Of a stretch of 64,000 nt of DNA, positions 13,301-28,300 are shown in pieces; position 1 is the first letter of the stretch; each line of letters opens with the position of its first letter. A model generated the notes under the pieces. The model was not told the origin of the DNA, searched no databases, and saw nothing but the letters and a program-made list of their open reading frames with translations. A program made the translations under genes and the position numbers. This DNA is from Eledone cirrhosa. Its lineage: Eukaryota. Where the stretch lies: the NCBI GenBank assembly GCA_964016885.1, contig OZ024740.1:286068001-286132000 (forward strand). The letters run 5' to 3'.

Positions 13301-16300
13301 TTTAAACTCATAGTCAAGGACCACAACTCTGTTTCTTTGTGTATGTGTGTGTATATATGTGTTTGAATGACAAAACAAGTTGCTCACTTATTTCATGGTT
13401 GAATAGTTATAACAGGAATGGCATCCAGCTGTGTTATTCCAACTATTATTTCACTGATGCCAGTATGGTAAATGGATATGAGTAGGAGTGGGAAGAATAT
13501 TGATTTCCGTCAAAGTTTCATTTATTGTTGTCAGAAATTTTGTTTTTATTTTAATCAATCTTCTCTCTTACACTCTTTCTCTTTCTAGTTTTGGTGTTTC
13601 TCCTTCTCTGGACGTACAATTGAATAATGGTGTCATGGTTACTAAAGTTGATGACTGCCAATTCGTCTGCATTGCACAAGATAAATATTATAATATTTTA
13701 CATGAGGTATGTTCTACATTCTATTGACAAAAAGCATTCTCTCCTGTTTCTCATGTGTCAATAACATTTGTCTCTATTTCATTTTCTTTGTTCACATGTT
13801 GTTTTTTTCTCTTTTCTTCCGCCATAACATCATCACTAAGGTAAAATTTCATTCCTCTACTAGGGTGAAGAAAATACAAGAAAACATGAGGAACAAGGTC
13901 GGGTTGTCATGGTTACTGAACACCGTGTATTAGATGGTTTAAACAGAAAGGGACATATTGTTATCCGCGTAAGAATGAACTTTTTTTTAAATTTTACTTA
14001 TTTCTGCAACCAGTTCATCTTCCATTAACACTTCATTTTCATCATCATCATCATTTAATGACTGTTTTCCCCTCTAGCAATGTTCAGTACATAATCAGAG
14101 CTACTGACCTCTGAGACAGGCCAGTGGGTTTCATCTCACTTACATATGTTCTTGCACGTTACAGAGTGTATTGGGTGCATTTTAACATGACACCAGCATT
14201 AGTGAGGTTGACATGTCTTCGATACAACTAAAGAATCCAGTTGACCTTTTGTTTGATGAGTTTTCTGTGGCTGGACACCCTTCCTGCCATCAACCACTTT
14301 ACAGTGTGTACTAAATACATTTTATTGTGGCACCAACACTAGAGAAATTGTTATGCTCTTGGATGTTCCCTTGGATCAAGAGAAAATGGGGTGAGAAGGC
14401 ATCTCTGTCTGACTGCATACTTGAATGATGGCTGTAGTTTTTTTTTAAATTCAGAAAGATCCTACTTGTCACTGATGTCAATGGAAAAGAGGTGATCAAG
14501 ACCTATAGTTTAGAGAAAAATTGAGAATTTCTACAAAACAATCTGCTAAAAGCAATGCACCTGGTCTGCATTTGGAGCAAGGTCTCAGCAAGATGGAGGG
14601 TGACATGGTGGTGGAATGATAGGGTAGACAAGCCTGGAGGGAAGGGGGAAACAGGGCAATACCAAATAGCAAGAAGAGAGCCTAGGCAAAGGGAAAAGTA
14701 GAAAAGAAGTTAGCACATCTTCTATGTCATGAGGATCAGCGGCATAAAGTGTTTCAGATTATGAGACAATATGCTAGAAAAATTGAGATATGGTTGAGGA
14801 AAGTGTGTTCAAAATGATAGTGGAACACTTGCTTTGATTGATACTAAAACGAAAAAGGCATGAAAGTTCTACTATGACAGATTTCTGAACAAAGAGAATG
14901 AAGTGAGGGCCTATCTCCTGTAGACCCAACTGAAGAACCAGCCATAAAAGTTGACAACAGTGTGATAGACAAAGCAATTAAGGTTATGAAAGTAGAGTTT
15001 CTGAAATGCTAAAAACATCTGACATGATAGGTTATTAGTTAATCAGACACATAATTAATCAAATAGTACATGATGGTGTCATACCCAGTGACTGGTATAG
15101 TAGTATCATTGTAAACTGCTGTAAGGGCAGATAAGGTTACTATTGTGAAACAACTGCAAACGATGTACTTGGATAAAAGTAAGTTCCTGGATCTGGAGAA
15201 TGGTGATGACCCATCCAACTCTTGCTACTAGGGAAACTGGCATTACATGATGGTGATATACACTAGTGCATGCTAAATGATTAAAAAGACTATAGTAGTT
15301 ATTATTCATGCTGTTTCTATGGCTTGTAATTGGGTGATAATTGCCATCTATCAACCCCTTCACAAGAAAGTTAATTGCATTGTTTTGATAAGTGCAATTT
15401 TAAAACTAATTGCATTTACTAAGTCAATATGCTGCTGTTAGTATGTATACATAGACTGGTCAGATGAATTTGTTGGGTCTGAATTTCTAGTTCTGCTCAT
15501 GACATGTATTCCATGAGTTGTTTAGCTGTTATATTATGTAAGGGTATACTTTTATTATTGTTTGTGTTCTTTCAACCATTCTGATACCAAACCACGTAAA
15601 ACTACCCCTGGTTCTACAATACTAAACTGTTTGTTTTAAGATGTTAACATTTATCTAACAACCTTACATAATAATTTTCTGTATATTTCTCATGAAAAAC
15701 AATGCCAATTATTTTCAAATCTTTTTGATAATAATAAAAAAAATTTGAAATGTTTAATAATATATCCAACTTTCTCATCGTTAGGTTGGTGTTTGAACCA
15801 TATCTTAACAAAAGTTCTTACATAAAATTATGATATGTTTTAGATAAACATAAACTCTTTAAAATAAAGAGTTTTGTATTGTAGAACCAGGGGCAGTTTC
15901 AAGCACTATGGTATCAATAGATTGAAGTTATACTCCAAATTCTTACTTTCAAAATAAATTGAAAATCATAGGCAATGTCTTTCATGGGAAATATGGTAAT
16001 GAAAGGGTTAAGTTTTCTGTTATTATTGGTTTACTATTATATCATAAGTGTGTATGTTGGGAAAAAGAAATCCGGAATAGAGGAATGTTTTTCACTAAAA
16101 AGATTGCAATAAAATTTCAAAATTAAAAGCATGTTCCTAATGTTAATCTCTTTCAAACTACTTAAAAAAAAAATTTTAAAAGAAGAGGATTTATTAAATC
16201 AGAAATGAGGATTTGGTTTCTAGTTTAACCCCCGCCCCACCATGTTTTGTAAGTTCCAAAATTGAAAACTTAAATTTTAAGTATTGTATTTTTACTATTG

Positions 16301-19300
16301 ATCTTCAAAAATTTTTCTTTCTATTTTTTAATTTTTTATTTTTAGTATTAAATTTTCTGGTTTTTGAAATATTAGCAGTAAGATGCAGATCCAAAAGCTG
16401 AAAGGATTTATGAATACAAATATTTAAAAAAAACAAATAAAGAATCAAAGGAATTAATATTAGAAAGGTCACCATGACCTCTAATCTATAAAATCAAAGC
16501 AAAAAATAAAATAGAAAAGAGAATTGATTTAGTGATAATTATAGTTTTTTGTAAAGAGTTAGCTTTACTGACTGTTCTAATATTATTTTGGAACATAGAA
16601 TTGGTTGTATGTGTGTAATGTTAAATAACTGAATAGCAGTCTATTTTAACCTATAATCTAGCACAGTGTTGCCAATCCAAAACTTTTTTAAATTACCACC
16701 CCCTTTGAGAGAATATATTTCAATAGCTCTTCATTCTACCCCATCCATAAAAGCAGTTAAAAATGATACATTGAAAATTAAATTTTAGTTGTTTTTTTTT
16801 TGGTTTTTTTTTTTTCCATCTTGTCATCTATTGTATAACCACAAATGTAACTTTACTAAAATATCTGAAATTATTTTATTCATTAATGTGAAATGGGGTT
16901 CCTCCAAAGGGTCTTTGGGGTAATGTTACTCAATAGAGTACATAGCTCAGAGATCAGAGAGTCACTCCAGATAGAGCCGCTATTTCTCCAAATTGAGAGA
17001 TCACAGCTCCGATACTATGGGCATGTGGTTAGAATGTCTCAGGAAAGAATCACTAGACAGTTTTTACGGGCAGAAACCAATCTGCAGGTGACCCAGGGGT
17101 TGACTTCCAGCAAAATGGTTGAATAACATCTATGAGCTCAATTGGTTTCGCTTGAGGATCCAGCTGAATCAGTTGCAAATGATTGCTTGTGACAGGACCC
17201 ACTGGAAGGAGTGTTTGAGGACTCTGCCCTCGCGACCTTCTCACCAATAAATGGGCAAAGAAGAAGAATGAATTGTAGGCCTCATGTGATTAGAATCATT
17301 TTTTTCAACATATCTGGCTTGATATTATTAGTAAGCAGTATTTTTTAATCACTCCATTTGACTATTTGTGAGGAGACTAAATACACATTTAACTAAATAT
17401 GACAATAGAAACACAATTAGAAACTTTTCCATAATGACTCATAATCCAGGATAAAGATCTAGCTAAATTGTATTCATTGCTCCTTTCCTCAGTTACCAAA
17501 CCTTGCTTTCCATTTCCCCCTTTGCCCCCTTGGCTTACTTGGTCCTCAAGGAGGTCTTATCCTTTCAGTGATCCCTGATGAATTAGTATTGCCCACTTTG
17601 ATAAATACTGATCTAGCAGAAAGATGTTAAAGAAAACTGAATAGAAAAGTGATGTGACAGTCCTATGTATATGAAATATTTCTTAACTCCATCCCAGCTT
17701 TTTAGTTTTAGTAGTAAATTTTTTCAATGAGACACTATAGCCTTTCTTGTCATAATAGGTTACTAAAAAGACCCACAAGAGCTTGCATTGCTAACTTCTG
17801 TTCTAGCAGGGAAAATGACCTTAAAATCCTTGAACAAGTAATTTGTTCAATTAGTGGTACTTTATTCTTTATTTTTACTTTTACACTTTTCTTGGCTATA
17901 TCTATATTAACTGATATGCTAAACCTACTACATATTTAATATTCTGTTTTAGTTATTTTTGGAATTTCAAACATTGAGCATCAATAATTGAATCTATTTC
18001 TATATTTATTAGTTCATTTTACCCAGTATCTTACTATCAGTTCAAATTCCTTTCCGCTTACTTGTGGTAATGAGAAATCAGATATTAAAGATAGGAAAGA
18101 TAAAAATCTCATTCAACTAATGGAAGATTTGGGTACTTCTTCACAGTTTCTGTGAAGCTAAAATAATAGCTGATAACTTACACAAATTAAATTCTTCAAG
18201 CAAAGTGTGTTGCAAATTTTCAATAAGAAGAGTAATAATGGTCACTAAGCTATGGTTAGTGTAGAATTTGGAGTTCTGATCCATGGGTCTACATTCCAGC
18301 ACTCCTTACTTGCTTGATCACTGCACTTCTACATTACACATACTAAGGTTAATATGAATAAAATCTTAAGTTTTTTTTTCTTTTTTTTCTCTTTGTGTGA
18401 GTAGTGTAGCGTTTAATTTATCTTGTTTACTATTTTTTCTTATTGATTTAGAGAAGTATGATATAGAACTTTAATATTTTATTATTTTAATCTTATCTTC
18501 TTTTATGTATTTTCTACTGCAGGGGACTTCTGAACGTCTGATGCAACATTTAATTGAAGAGGAAAATTCTTCAATTGATCCTACCTACGTTGAAGACTTC
18601 CTTTTAACATATCGTACATTCCTCAGTAGTCCAACATTTCTGGCCAATAAGTTATTGTCTTGGTTCAACAATAATGAACTTGGAAAATCCAATCTCAAGA
18701 TGAAGGTTATTTCTCATTTATATATCTTTTAATCTATTGTTTCTATATATTTTAACTGATTTTAGTTTCTATGAAGTATAGTGACTATATGGTTATGATT
18801 GTTTTGGGAAAGCTGGTACAATGCCAACTAAATATACAAGAGTTAAAACCATAATTTAACTGTTATTTTGGTTTATATGAAGTATTGTGGGATATGTGGT
18901 TACAATTGTTTTGGGAAAGCCAGTACAGTGCAAACTAGATATACAAAAGTGAAAGCTACTTCCACACTAGATAATCTTCTTTAAGTTACTGGATGATCAA
19001 TTAAAGTGAGAACACACTGAAGTATTGTTTACTCCTTTATTTGTTCTATTTAATAAATAAATTTACAAAATTAATCCAAGTCTTGTATGTACTAGTTTCC
19101 AAAATATTTTTCAGAGGTTATTTTGAATGTTACTGAATTAATTATAATTTTAGTAAAATATGTATTTAAGAAACATTACTGATTGTATTTCACTGTTAAT
19201 AACATATTTTATTTCTTCACTTTACCAGGTTGCCAGAGTGGTGTTATTGTGGGTGAACAATCATTTCAATGACTTTGAAATGGATGCAACTATGTGTGAA

Positions 19301-22300
19301 TTTTTGGAGCAATTTGAAAATTTATTGGTCCAAGAGGTAAATTTATTTTTCTTTTGCAGATAAAAAAATTCATCTCACTACCACTCTTTTTTTATTTAAA
19401 GCAAAATGCCTTTAAAATTACAAAATTCAGCCCATTTTTATATCTTGAATGTTATTCTATCAACAGGGTTTATTCTAAGAAATGTTTGCTGTGATCAATA
19501 TGAATGCTACTAGCTGAAAAGTTCATAAGCTAGCCAAGATACTTTCATGGAATAACCAAATGAGGTTCATTTTTCAACATAGTCCCTAGAAGGAAACGAT
19601 TCAGTTATCAATAAGAAGAATTGAAATTAATGCATGCAAGATTTCACAGTTCTAGCATCAATCCTTCATAGTCAGCCTATGAACTTTTCAGCCCACCCGC
19701 TTAGCTTTTTTAGATGTGAAAATTTTACTTTTTTGCTCTAAATGATCACGTATACAAACCTTACCATTCCAATATGGTATATTATTTATTGTATAATTTA
19801 TTATTCCAGTCATAAGTATTTTGAAAAGTCTCAGATATGTTTTCAGTAGCCTTATTTCCCATCTGCCTGTATATGTAAAATAAACACGTTAGATAGATCT
19901 GCCAATGATTTTTCTGATGAATAAAACTTTCAACCTTGATCTGTAAACAGATGAATATATTTTGCCCAAGTATATAACCATCGTATCTGTATTTAGTTGT
20001 AAACCCAGGTTTAATGGACATGAATTCAACAATTTAATCACTCATCATTCATACTTCCCTTTAATTAAAACACCTTCCATCAAAACTATTTCCAATTTTT
20101 ATACAATACATTAGATGATCAGAACTACTAAACTGTCATACATTATTAAATATAATTGATTAAAATGACATTAGATTTTAAGTTATAGTTTACAGATTTT
20201 AATATATTACTGGTTTAGGCTAAGTTTAGAAATATTTCTAAAACAGAAGTTACATAGTGAAACCAATTCCCCAGTCATTAACTATTAAAAATAAAACATG
20301 CAATAATATACCTAACGACAAAAAGAGACTACATCTTTATTTCCCTGAGCCCTGAGTTCTTGATGGAATTGTGGGGGCATTGTCTTAAGCATTTTGAAAC
20401 TTGACAAAGCTGATTCTTCTCCACGATGCTGGATTAAAACTTAATGAAGCTCTGAGCTGTATAAAGATTAGAGCCTCCTTATTTAAAAAATTACACCAGA
20501 ATTTCTCACAAGAAATGAAAACGTATATGCCTTTTGAAAGTCTAAATTAAAGTCTATTCATCCAAAATTATTAAAGAATGCAAATAAATATTTGGTTTAA
20601 TATTATAAAGAAGCATAAAGGAAAAAGAAAAAAATTAACTAGTCATTGTGTAATTTGTTTTAAAAGTCATGAGTTAAAGTATAATGTTTACATTGTTAGT
20701 TTGTATAGCTAAACTGCATTAAAATACTACTCTTCAAAAATTGTATCGTTTTCTTTCAATGTTATCGTAATCTGCTACTAATTGGTGTAGTATTACTGTT
20801 TATGTATATAAGTGAAATCTTTAAACAGTGAGCAGATGTATATCATGTTACCGTTATTTTAACCAAACAGATGTTGATTGAGGTAATGAGAAAACTACTA
20901 CATCTTGCTTTAATTTTCTAGAAATAGTAGCTAAATTTAACTCAACTCACTCTCTGCCATTTAAAAAAAAAAGGTTACATTGGATTATTTATTTTTTACT
21001 GTTTAGTTCAGGGAGTGCAGTGCCCATGACCTTTTTCAGGGCCTCTGCAACTGGTGGGTGAGAGGTAGGGAGGAAGTTAGCTTCAAATTAGAGACCTGGC
21101 CTGAAGATTTGTAACAGAGTGGTCTCAGCTGAAGACACCCAAGAACCATGTGGTAATGTTAAACCTAGCAACAGATTAAGTCTACCACCCATTAACTATA
21201 TCTGAAAGAAAAAAAGATGAGATAGTGACAGCTGGAATGCTTTTGATTACAGGTATTCTCAATCAGGACAAATTTGAAACTAAATAACAACAACAACAAT
21301 AATTGTTTCTACTTTTGGCACAAGGCCAGCAATTACCCAGTACATTACTGGTACTTTATTTTATCGACCCCGTAAGGATGAAAGGCAAAGTAAACCTCGG
21401 CGGGATTTGAACTCAGAATGGCAGCAACAATAATAATAGATGTGCACTTTTCACAAACTCGCTGACATTCAGATAGGTGTGGTATATAAACTTGATCAAA
21501 GATAACAAATTGATTAGTAACTTTGAAGCATGTTGTTGAGTACTGAGAAGTCTTTCTCAGATTGAGGTAACCTATGATATTAATGGCATGACTAATATAA
21601 ATATATCTACCTCTTAGAAACATATAGGGAAAAAGGATTATATTACTTAAAACTATGTCAGAATCTACCAAAATCTCCTGTTTTTTGTTAATTATATGGC
21701 ATGTTTATGTTATTTTAGAAAATGAATAGCCAACTGCATCTTCTGGAGTTAGCATGTTCCAGCAAAGCACACCCAAGAACAGTGACACTGACACGAGCAA
21801 CCAGAGAAGAAATTTTAAATTTTCTCATTATTGGTGGACTAGAAAGAGGTGCTGGAATCTTTGTTTCACAAGTTGAGAAAGGATCAAAAGCCTATGATGC
21901 TGGTCTGAAAAGAGGGGACCAGGTATTTACTCTATATATATTTTAAAAAATCTAAATATCTTTTCTTTTTAAATTTATATTTGGTACTTTTTTTTCTTTT
22001 TAATGATTTAGCCAGAGGAGGTAAGTCGGTACCTGTGAATTTATTTAAGGCCTCCAAAGCTGGTGAAAGGGAAGAAGTTAATATCATCATCATTTTGTAT
22101 TTTCCTTGTTGTTATGGTTTGGATGGGTTGTCACAGTCTGAGACTCAGTAAACCTAAAGAGCAAGACATCTAACTCGAAGAATCAATATCATCATCATTT
22201 TACATCTACTTTCAATGCTGGCAAGGGTTGGATGGTTTACCATGGTCCCAGATTTGACTGATCACAGAACAACGTCTTGTTTATACATTCCCTATTTTGG

Positions 22301-25300
22301 CATGGTTTCTATGGTTTTATGCCATTTCAAATGCCAACCTCTTTAAAGAGTGTACCAAATGCTTTTATCACTGCCACTTTACAGTGGGTGCTTTGTACAT
22401 TTTTTTGTGGCACCGGGACTTTTTTATTGTATTTTTTAATGCTAATAGATAAAATATATAGCCTCCAGTATATTACTGATACCTATTTTATTAACTTGTG
22501 CACTTAGTGGTAGGGTCGGTGTCATGATAAAATTAACCCAGCCCACTCTATAAGTAGTAGTGCTAATGCCACTTTGTCAGGTAATAGTGGTGGTACCATG
22601 ATCTAATAAATCCCAGTACATTCTGTGAGGTGGTTGGTATGAAGAAGGACATCCAGCAATAGAAACTGTGCCAAAATGGAATGTATGAGAAAGACAGACA
22701 TCTGACTTGTCTAGTCTCAGACTGTGACAACCCTTCTAACCCATGCAAGCATAAACATTAGATGTAAAATGATGATGATGATAATGAACATTGGACAAAC
22801 CTTATTGTATCTAAATTATAATCCCTGGAGTGTTTTGACTGACAGATGAAATATTTCTATATTTTACAATTTTGTAAAATTTCTTTTTTTTTCTTTTCAT
22901 TTCAGATTTTAGAAGTAAATGGAGTCAACTTTATTAATGTACCTCATAGTAAAGCACTTGAAATATTAAAAGGTGCCACGCATTTATCTATTACTGTAAA
23001 GTCGAATCTTTTGGGTAAGCTCTGTTTTATTTTGCTTAGATTTGTGCAATTCATGTCATTAGATATTTAATAACTCATCTCTTTACATTCTGAGTTCAAA
23101 TCCCACTGAGGTTAGCTTTGCCTTTCATCCTTACGGGGTCAATAAAAAAAAAGTACCAGTCATGCACTGGGGTCGATTTGATCGACTCCCCCTCCTCCAA
23201 ATTTGCTGGTCTTGTGCCTAAATCAGAAATCATTATTGTTGTTATAAATAAGGTGTGGTGGATTGGCCAAATTGTTAGAACATTGGACAAAATGCCTTTC
23301 CAGTTCTTTATATTATGAGTTCAAATCCTGCTGAGGTTGGCTTTGCCTTTCCTCCTACTGAAGTCGATTTAATTGACTGCGTACATCACCCCAAGTTTCT
23401 GACCTATGTTAGAAATCATTATTATTGTAAATAGATTAGATTAAATGTTAATTTTGTTGGCAAAATTTGCTAGTAACTTTACTAATACAATGTTCCAGTT
23501 CTTTATTGATTGAACTAAATTTATATCATGACTTATTGGCATGAACTGGGCTCTTTTATATATTTATATATTTAGTTAATTTTTAATTAATATAAAGAAC
23601 CTATTTCCTGAGTGTATCCTGTAATAATTTGATGAAAAATATTTCGTCTTTATGTATGCTTTGCAAAGCAATCTTAATTTTCTTGTGATGGCTGATTTAT
23701 GACTTGCACACCTTGTCTTTTTACCTTCATAGTCGGTTTCTGAATAGTAAATTGAACTACTTGACTAATTGTTGTAGGTCATTTTGATTAAATATATATT
23801 TACTAGAGGCGACGGATGAGGTCTGTGGCTGGAGTACGACCTCAAGCAGGAGGAGAGTGACTTGGTGGTGGAACAATAAGGTAGATGAAGCAGTTAAGGC
23901 CAAGAGACAGGCATGGAAAGAATGGAAGAACAGGGGGAGCAGGGTACATTACATAGAGACCAAGAGGGAAGCTAGGCGATAAGTATACTTAGCTAGGAGG
24001 GAAGCAGAGGATAGAAAATTCAAGCATGTTTTGCAACGTGAGGACCAGAAACAGGAGGTATTCAAGATTGCGAGGCAGTGTGTCAGAGATAGTTGTGATG
24101 TCATTGGAGAGAAGTGTATCCAGAATGATAAAGGTGAGCTTGCCCTCACAAGTGCTGAGAAGAAAGATGCATGGAAGAGTCATTATGATAGATTACTAAA
24201 TGAGGAGAATGCATGGGAAGAAGAGACCCTACCCCAAGAAGACCCTATAGAGGGGCCAGCAGTACAAGTCAGCAGCAACGTAGTAAGTAAGGCAATCAAA
24301 GATATGAAGATGGGGAAGGCAACCGGTCCATCGGGTATAGCTGCCGAGATGCTGAAGGCATCTGGGTCTGTAGGTCACACTATAACCACACGTATTGTTA
24401 ACCAGGTAATACTAGAAGGTGTCATACCAAAAGATTGGTGCAGTAGCATCATTGTCGACTGCTACAAAAGTAAAGGCGATGCACTAGATAGAGGAAACTA
24501 TAGAGGTATAAAGTTGATGGACCAGGTCATGAAAATAACAGAAAGAGTTATAGCACAGTTGATTAGGGATCGGGTGAAACTAGACGAGATGCAATTTGGG
24601 TTTGTACCAGGAAGAGGCACCACTGATGCCCTCTTCCTTGTGAGGCAATTACAGGAAAAGTACCTAGCTAAAAGTAAGCCACTCTACTTGGCATTTGTCG
24701 ACCTCGAGAAAGCCTTTGACAGAGTTCCACGTGCTGTAATCTGGTGGGCTCTTAGAAAACTAGGAGTAGATGAATGGCTTGTGAAAGCGGTACAAGCCAT
24801 GTATAGGGGAGCAGTCAGCAAAGTTAGGATTAGCAATGAGTATAGCGAGGAATTTAGCGTACAGGTTGGGGTCGACCAGGGCTCTGTTCTTAGCCCCCTC
24901 CTGTTCATCATAGTCCTGCAGGCAATAATGGAGGAGTTTAAGACCGGATGCCCATGGGAAATCCTGTATGCAGATGACCTCGCACTCATAGCTGAATCTA
25001 TGGTAGAACTAGAGAATAAATTCCAAACTTGGAAGCAGGGACTAGAAAGAAAGGGTCAACATGACAAAGAGTCAACATGACAAAGACTAAGGTCCTTGTA
25101 AGTAGACGAGAAAACAGAACCCAGATCCCCTCAGGGAAATGGCCTTGCTCAGTATGTAGGAAAGGTGTAGGTAGGAACTCCCTTCTCTGCCCCAAATGCA
25201 AACAATGGGTACACAAGAGATGTAGCAGGATCTCAGGAAGCTTAATTAAGAATGTAGGCTTCACATGCAGCAGCTGTGCTGAGACAGCAAGCAGCCACAG

Positions 25301-28300
25301 GAAACAAGTACCACCAATCTCTGGGAGGGCTCTGTAGAAACAGTAGACAGCTTCTGCTACCTAGGTGATCGATTTAGCAACGGAGTTGGGTGTTCAGAAA
25401 GTACAATAACTAGGGTAAGAACGGGATGGAAGAAGTTTAGGGAACTACTACCACTGCTAGCTGCAAAAGGCTTCTACCTCAGAATGAAAGGCAGACTGTA
25501 TGATGCGTGTATCCGAACAGCAATGTTGCATGGTAGTGAGACCTGGGCGCTGAAGGTGGAAGACTTACGTAGATTAGAGAGAAACGAAGCCTGCATGCTC
25601 CGATGGATGTGTAACAGTAATATACGTGAACGACAAAGCATAAATGAATTGAGAGAGAGACTGAGCATAAGAGGAATCAAATGCTGTGTGCAGGAGAGGC
25701 GGTTGCGCTGGTATGGACATGTGATGCGTATGAAGGATGACAGCTGCATAAAAAGGTGCAGAGCACTAGAAGTCGATGGAAACCGCGGAGTGGGGAGACC
25801 CAAGATGACCTGGGATGAGGTGATAAAAGCCGACCTTACCCAATTACACCTCTCAAAGGCAATGACACATGACCGTGACTTCTGGCGTCACGCAGTAATA
25901 CAGAGTACCTGACCTCCCATGGGTACAAGCTGAAGCATATAGACAATATGCCCCCACACCCCCCACCGCAAGGTGGTCGTGGAGGTGCCACGGCAAAAAA
26001 GCACCCAGCCCACACTGTAAAGTGGACGTGTAGGCGCCACGAAAAAGCACCCAGCACTCACTGTAAATGAGGTTGGTGTTAGGAAGGGCATCCAGCTGTA
26101 GAAATCAAGCCAAATCAGTTCCTGTATGAGCAAGGCATGGTCAGCCGACCAGACACTGCCCACAACAGGACAACCCATCTAACCCATGCTAGCGTGGAAG
26201 AACGGACGTAAAACGGTGATGATGATGATGAATACAACAGATTAATATTTGAGGTTGGGTGCATTATGTTCAGTTAACTAAATATAGATGAATATTTATA
26301 TAATACTTTATATACAACAAGCATTTTAAGGTCACTTTCCTTGTTAAAGCAGAGGTTAGTATTGCATATAACATAACAACTTTCATACACATCACAGGAT
26401 CCTTTTTGAGGCAGTTTTATGGCTGGATGACTTCCTGTTGCCAAACCTTTTAGTTGACTCTTAGAGATGCAGGGATACAGTATGCTTTACTCTAAACTGG
26501 GTAGACACATAACATATATATTATATTTTATATATGCATATATATTTGTACATGTATGTATTCATGCATGTACAGTTTCATTCAATTAATTCAAATAATG
26601 TTTGGTGTTGTTTGTTTCAGAATTTAGAGAACTTCTAACTGAGAAGAAACGATCAAGTGGCATGAAAGATGAACCAATAAAATTGTATACAGATCATAAA
26701 CAGAGGCTTTCAGCACCTGACTTAGAAGCATCTTTGGCTCCAGCCATTTCTTCTGTAAAAGAGAAGAAAAATGACAAGAAAGAAAGAGGTTTTATGACAA
26801 TGACTTATAAGCCGAAGATCAGGAAGGCTTTGATGAAAATGAATTTTATCCCAAAGCTGAACAGGTTTGTACAGCACCTTATCATTATCACAAATCTGTT
26901 TTCTGGGTCAGATGACTACCTCTTGCTCATACTTTTCATTTTAGCATGGATTCTATGACTGGATCTCCTTCATAATGCCAAATATTTAATGTGTGTACTG
27001 GGTACATTTTATCATGGCATCAACATTAATTTTATAGTTTGAACTGGGTACTGTTTATTTTTATAATGAATATTACCTGTAGGAATCCTCCTCCACTTAC
27101 ACATGCATCTACACTGCTATCTATAAGTAAAATCATGAGGCATGAAAACTGAGATGTGACTTGAAAATCAATTCACTACAAATCATTTAATGAAAAGATG
27201 TTTAAGAACATAGGACAAAATGCAATATTTGTTCTGAATCTATGTGCTATGAGTTCATATCTACTTTGCCCTTATTGTTTTGGCACCAATGAAATTAAGT
27301 ACAAGTCCATTGTGGGCAGGTTGGTATACTTGTTAGAGTGCTGGATGAAATTCCTTGTGTGTGTGTGTTTTCTTTTTTTTTTTTTTTTTGTGTGCTCTGA
27401 CCTACATGAGGTAGATTTAATCCATTCTTCACTCAACATATATAGTTCATATTGTATACCAATACAGCTTTATAATGGTCAGAACCATAACCATTTACTC
27501 ACATTAAAGAACATAGATGTTCATAACCTCATTTTCTCTCTTGTAAGTTAACTCTTTGAGTGCCAAAATAATACTGGTACATTTTTACCTCACACTTTTG
27601 TGTGCTAAATATGTACTGATATGTTTAAGTTTAGTTTGTGAAGTGCAGGTTTAGACAAAGTAAATTTGATTATCATGTAATCCTGGCCTGGAGCAGTAAA
27701 ATACCTGAAACTGTACTGGTGTGCAAAGAGTTGATTTTGCAGGTTTAATGTTCTACATTTAACTCATTTCTATTCATTCTCTACAGATTCTTTTGTTAAA
27801 TTTAAAGTGAACGAAATACATGGATCTTATGAACATTAATTTGATAACTGAAATTCATTTATTTTTATTTCAGCAGTGATAACAGTATGAACCATTCAGA
27901 TGAAAGTTTATATACAAAACCTTCTCGCAAGTCTTCCACATCATCTTCTACCTCATCATCAACTGCTGGAATGTCTAGCCATCTGTCTATCAGCAATCCT
28001 GATTTATCAGTTTCTGGTCTAGCAGATGATCCAAAGACAGACTTTCCGGACCACGTCCTTAAAATCTACCGTTCGGATCAATCCTTCAAATATCTGACAG
28101 TATATCGGGTAAATTTTAGTCTTCATTTATATTTAGAATAACAATTTTATTTTTAGATCTTTTCCTATAAATTTTTTATCAAATAAAAAAAAGTTGTTTA
28201 ATTTTTATTAAATTTATGAATTTATTTTAAAATATAGGAGACTGATTCAAGAACTGTTGTGATGCTGGCATTGCAAGAGTTTGGGATTACTGATCCAAGT

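Noticed and set aside
13801-13846. Pyrimidine tract followed by AAG|GTAAAA (recursive-site-like)
   Set aside because: The intron is only 157 nt, the donor is weak, and use as an acceptor would frameshift by 23 nt.
18775-18955. Direct repeats here and at about 12179-12350, 31540-31710 and 47660-47830
   Set aside because: Two-copy local duplications or repeat tails with no repeat-spacer periodicity; not CRISPR-like.
24684-26178. Minus-strand ORFs over the LINE
   Set aside because: Antisense shadows of the RT frame and 3' UTR.
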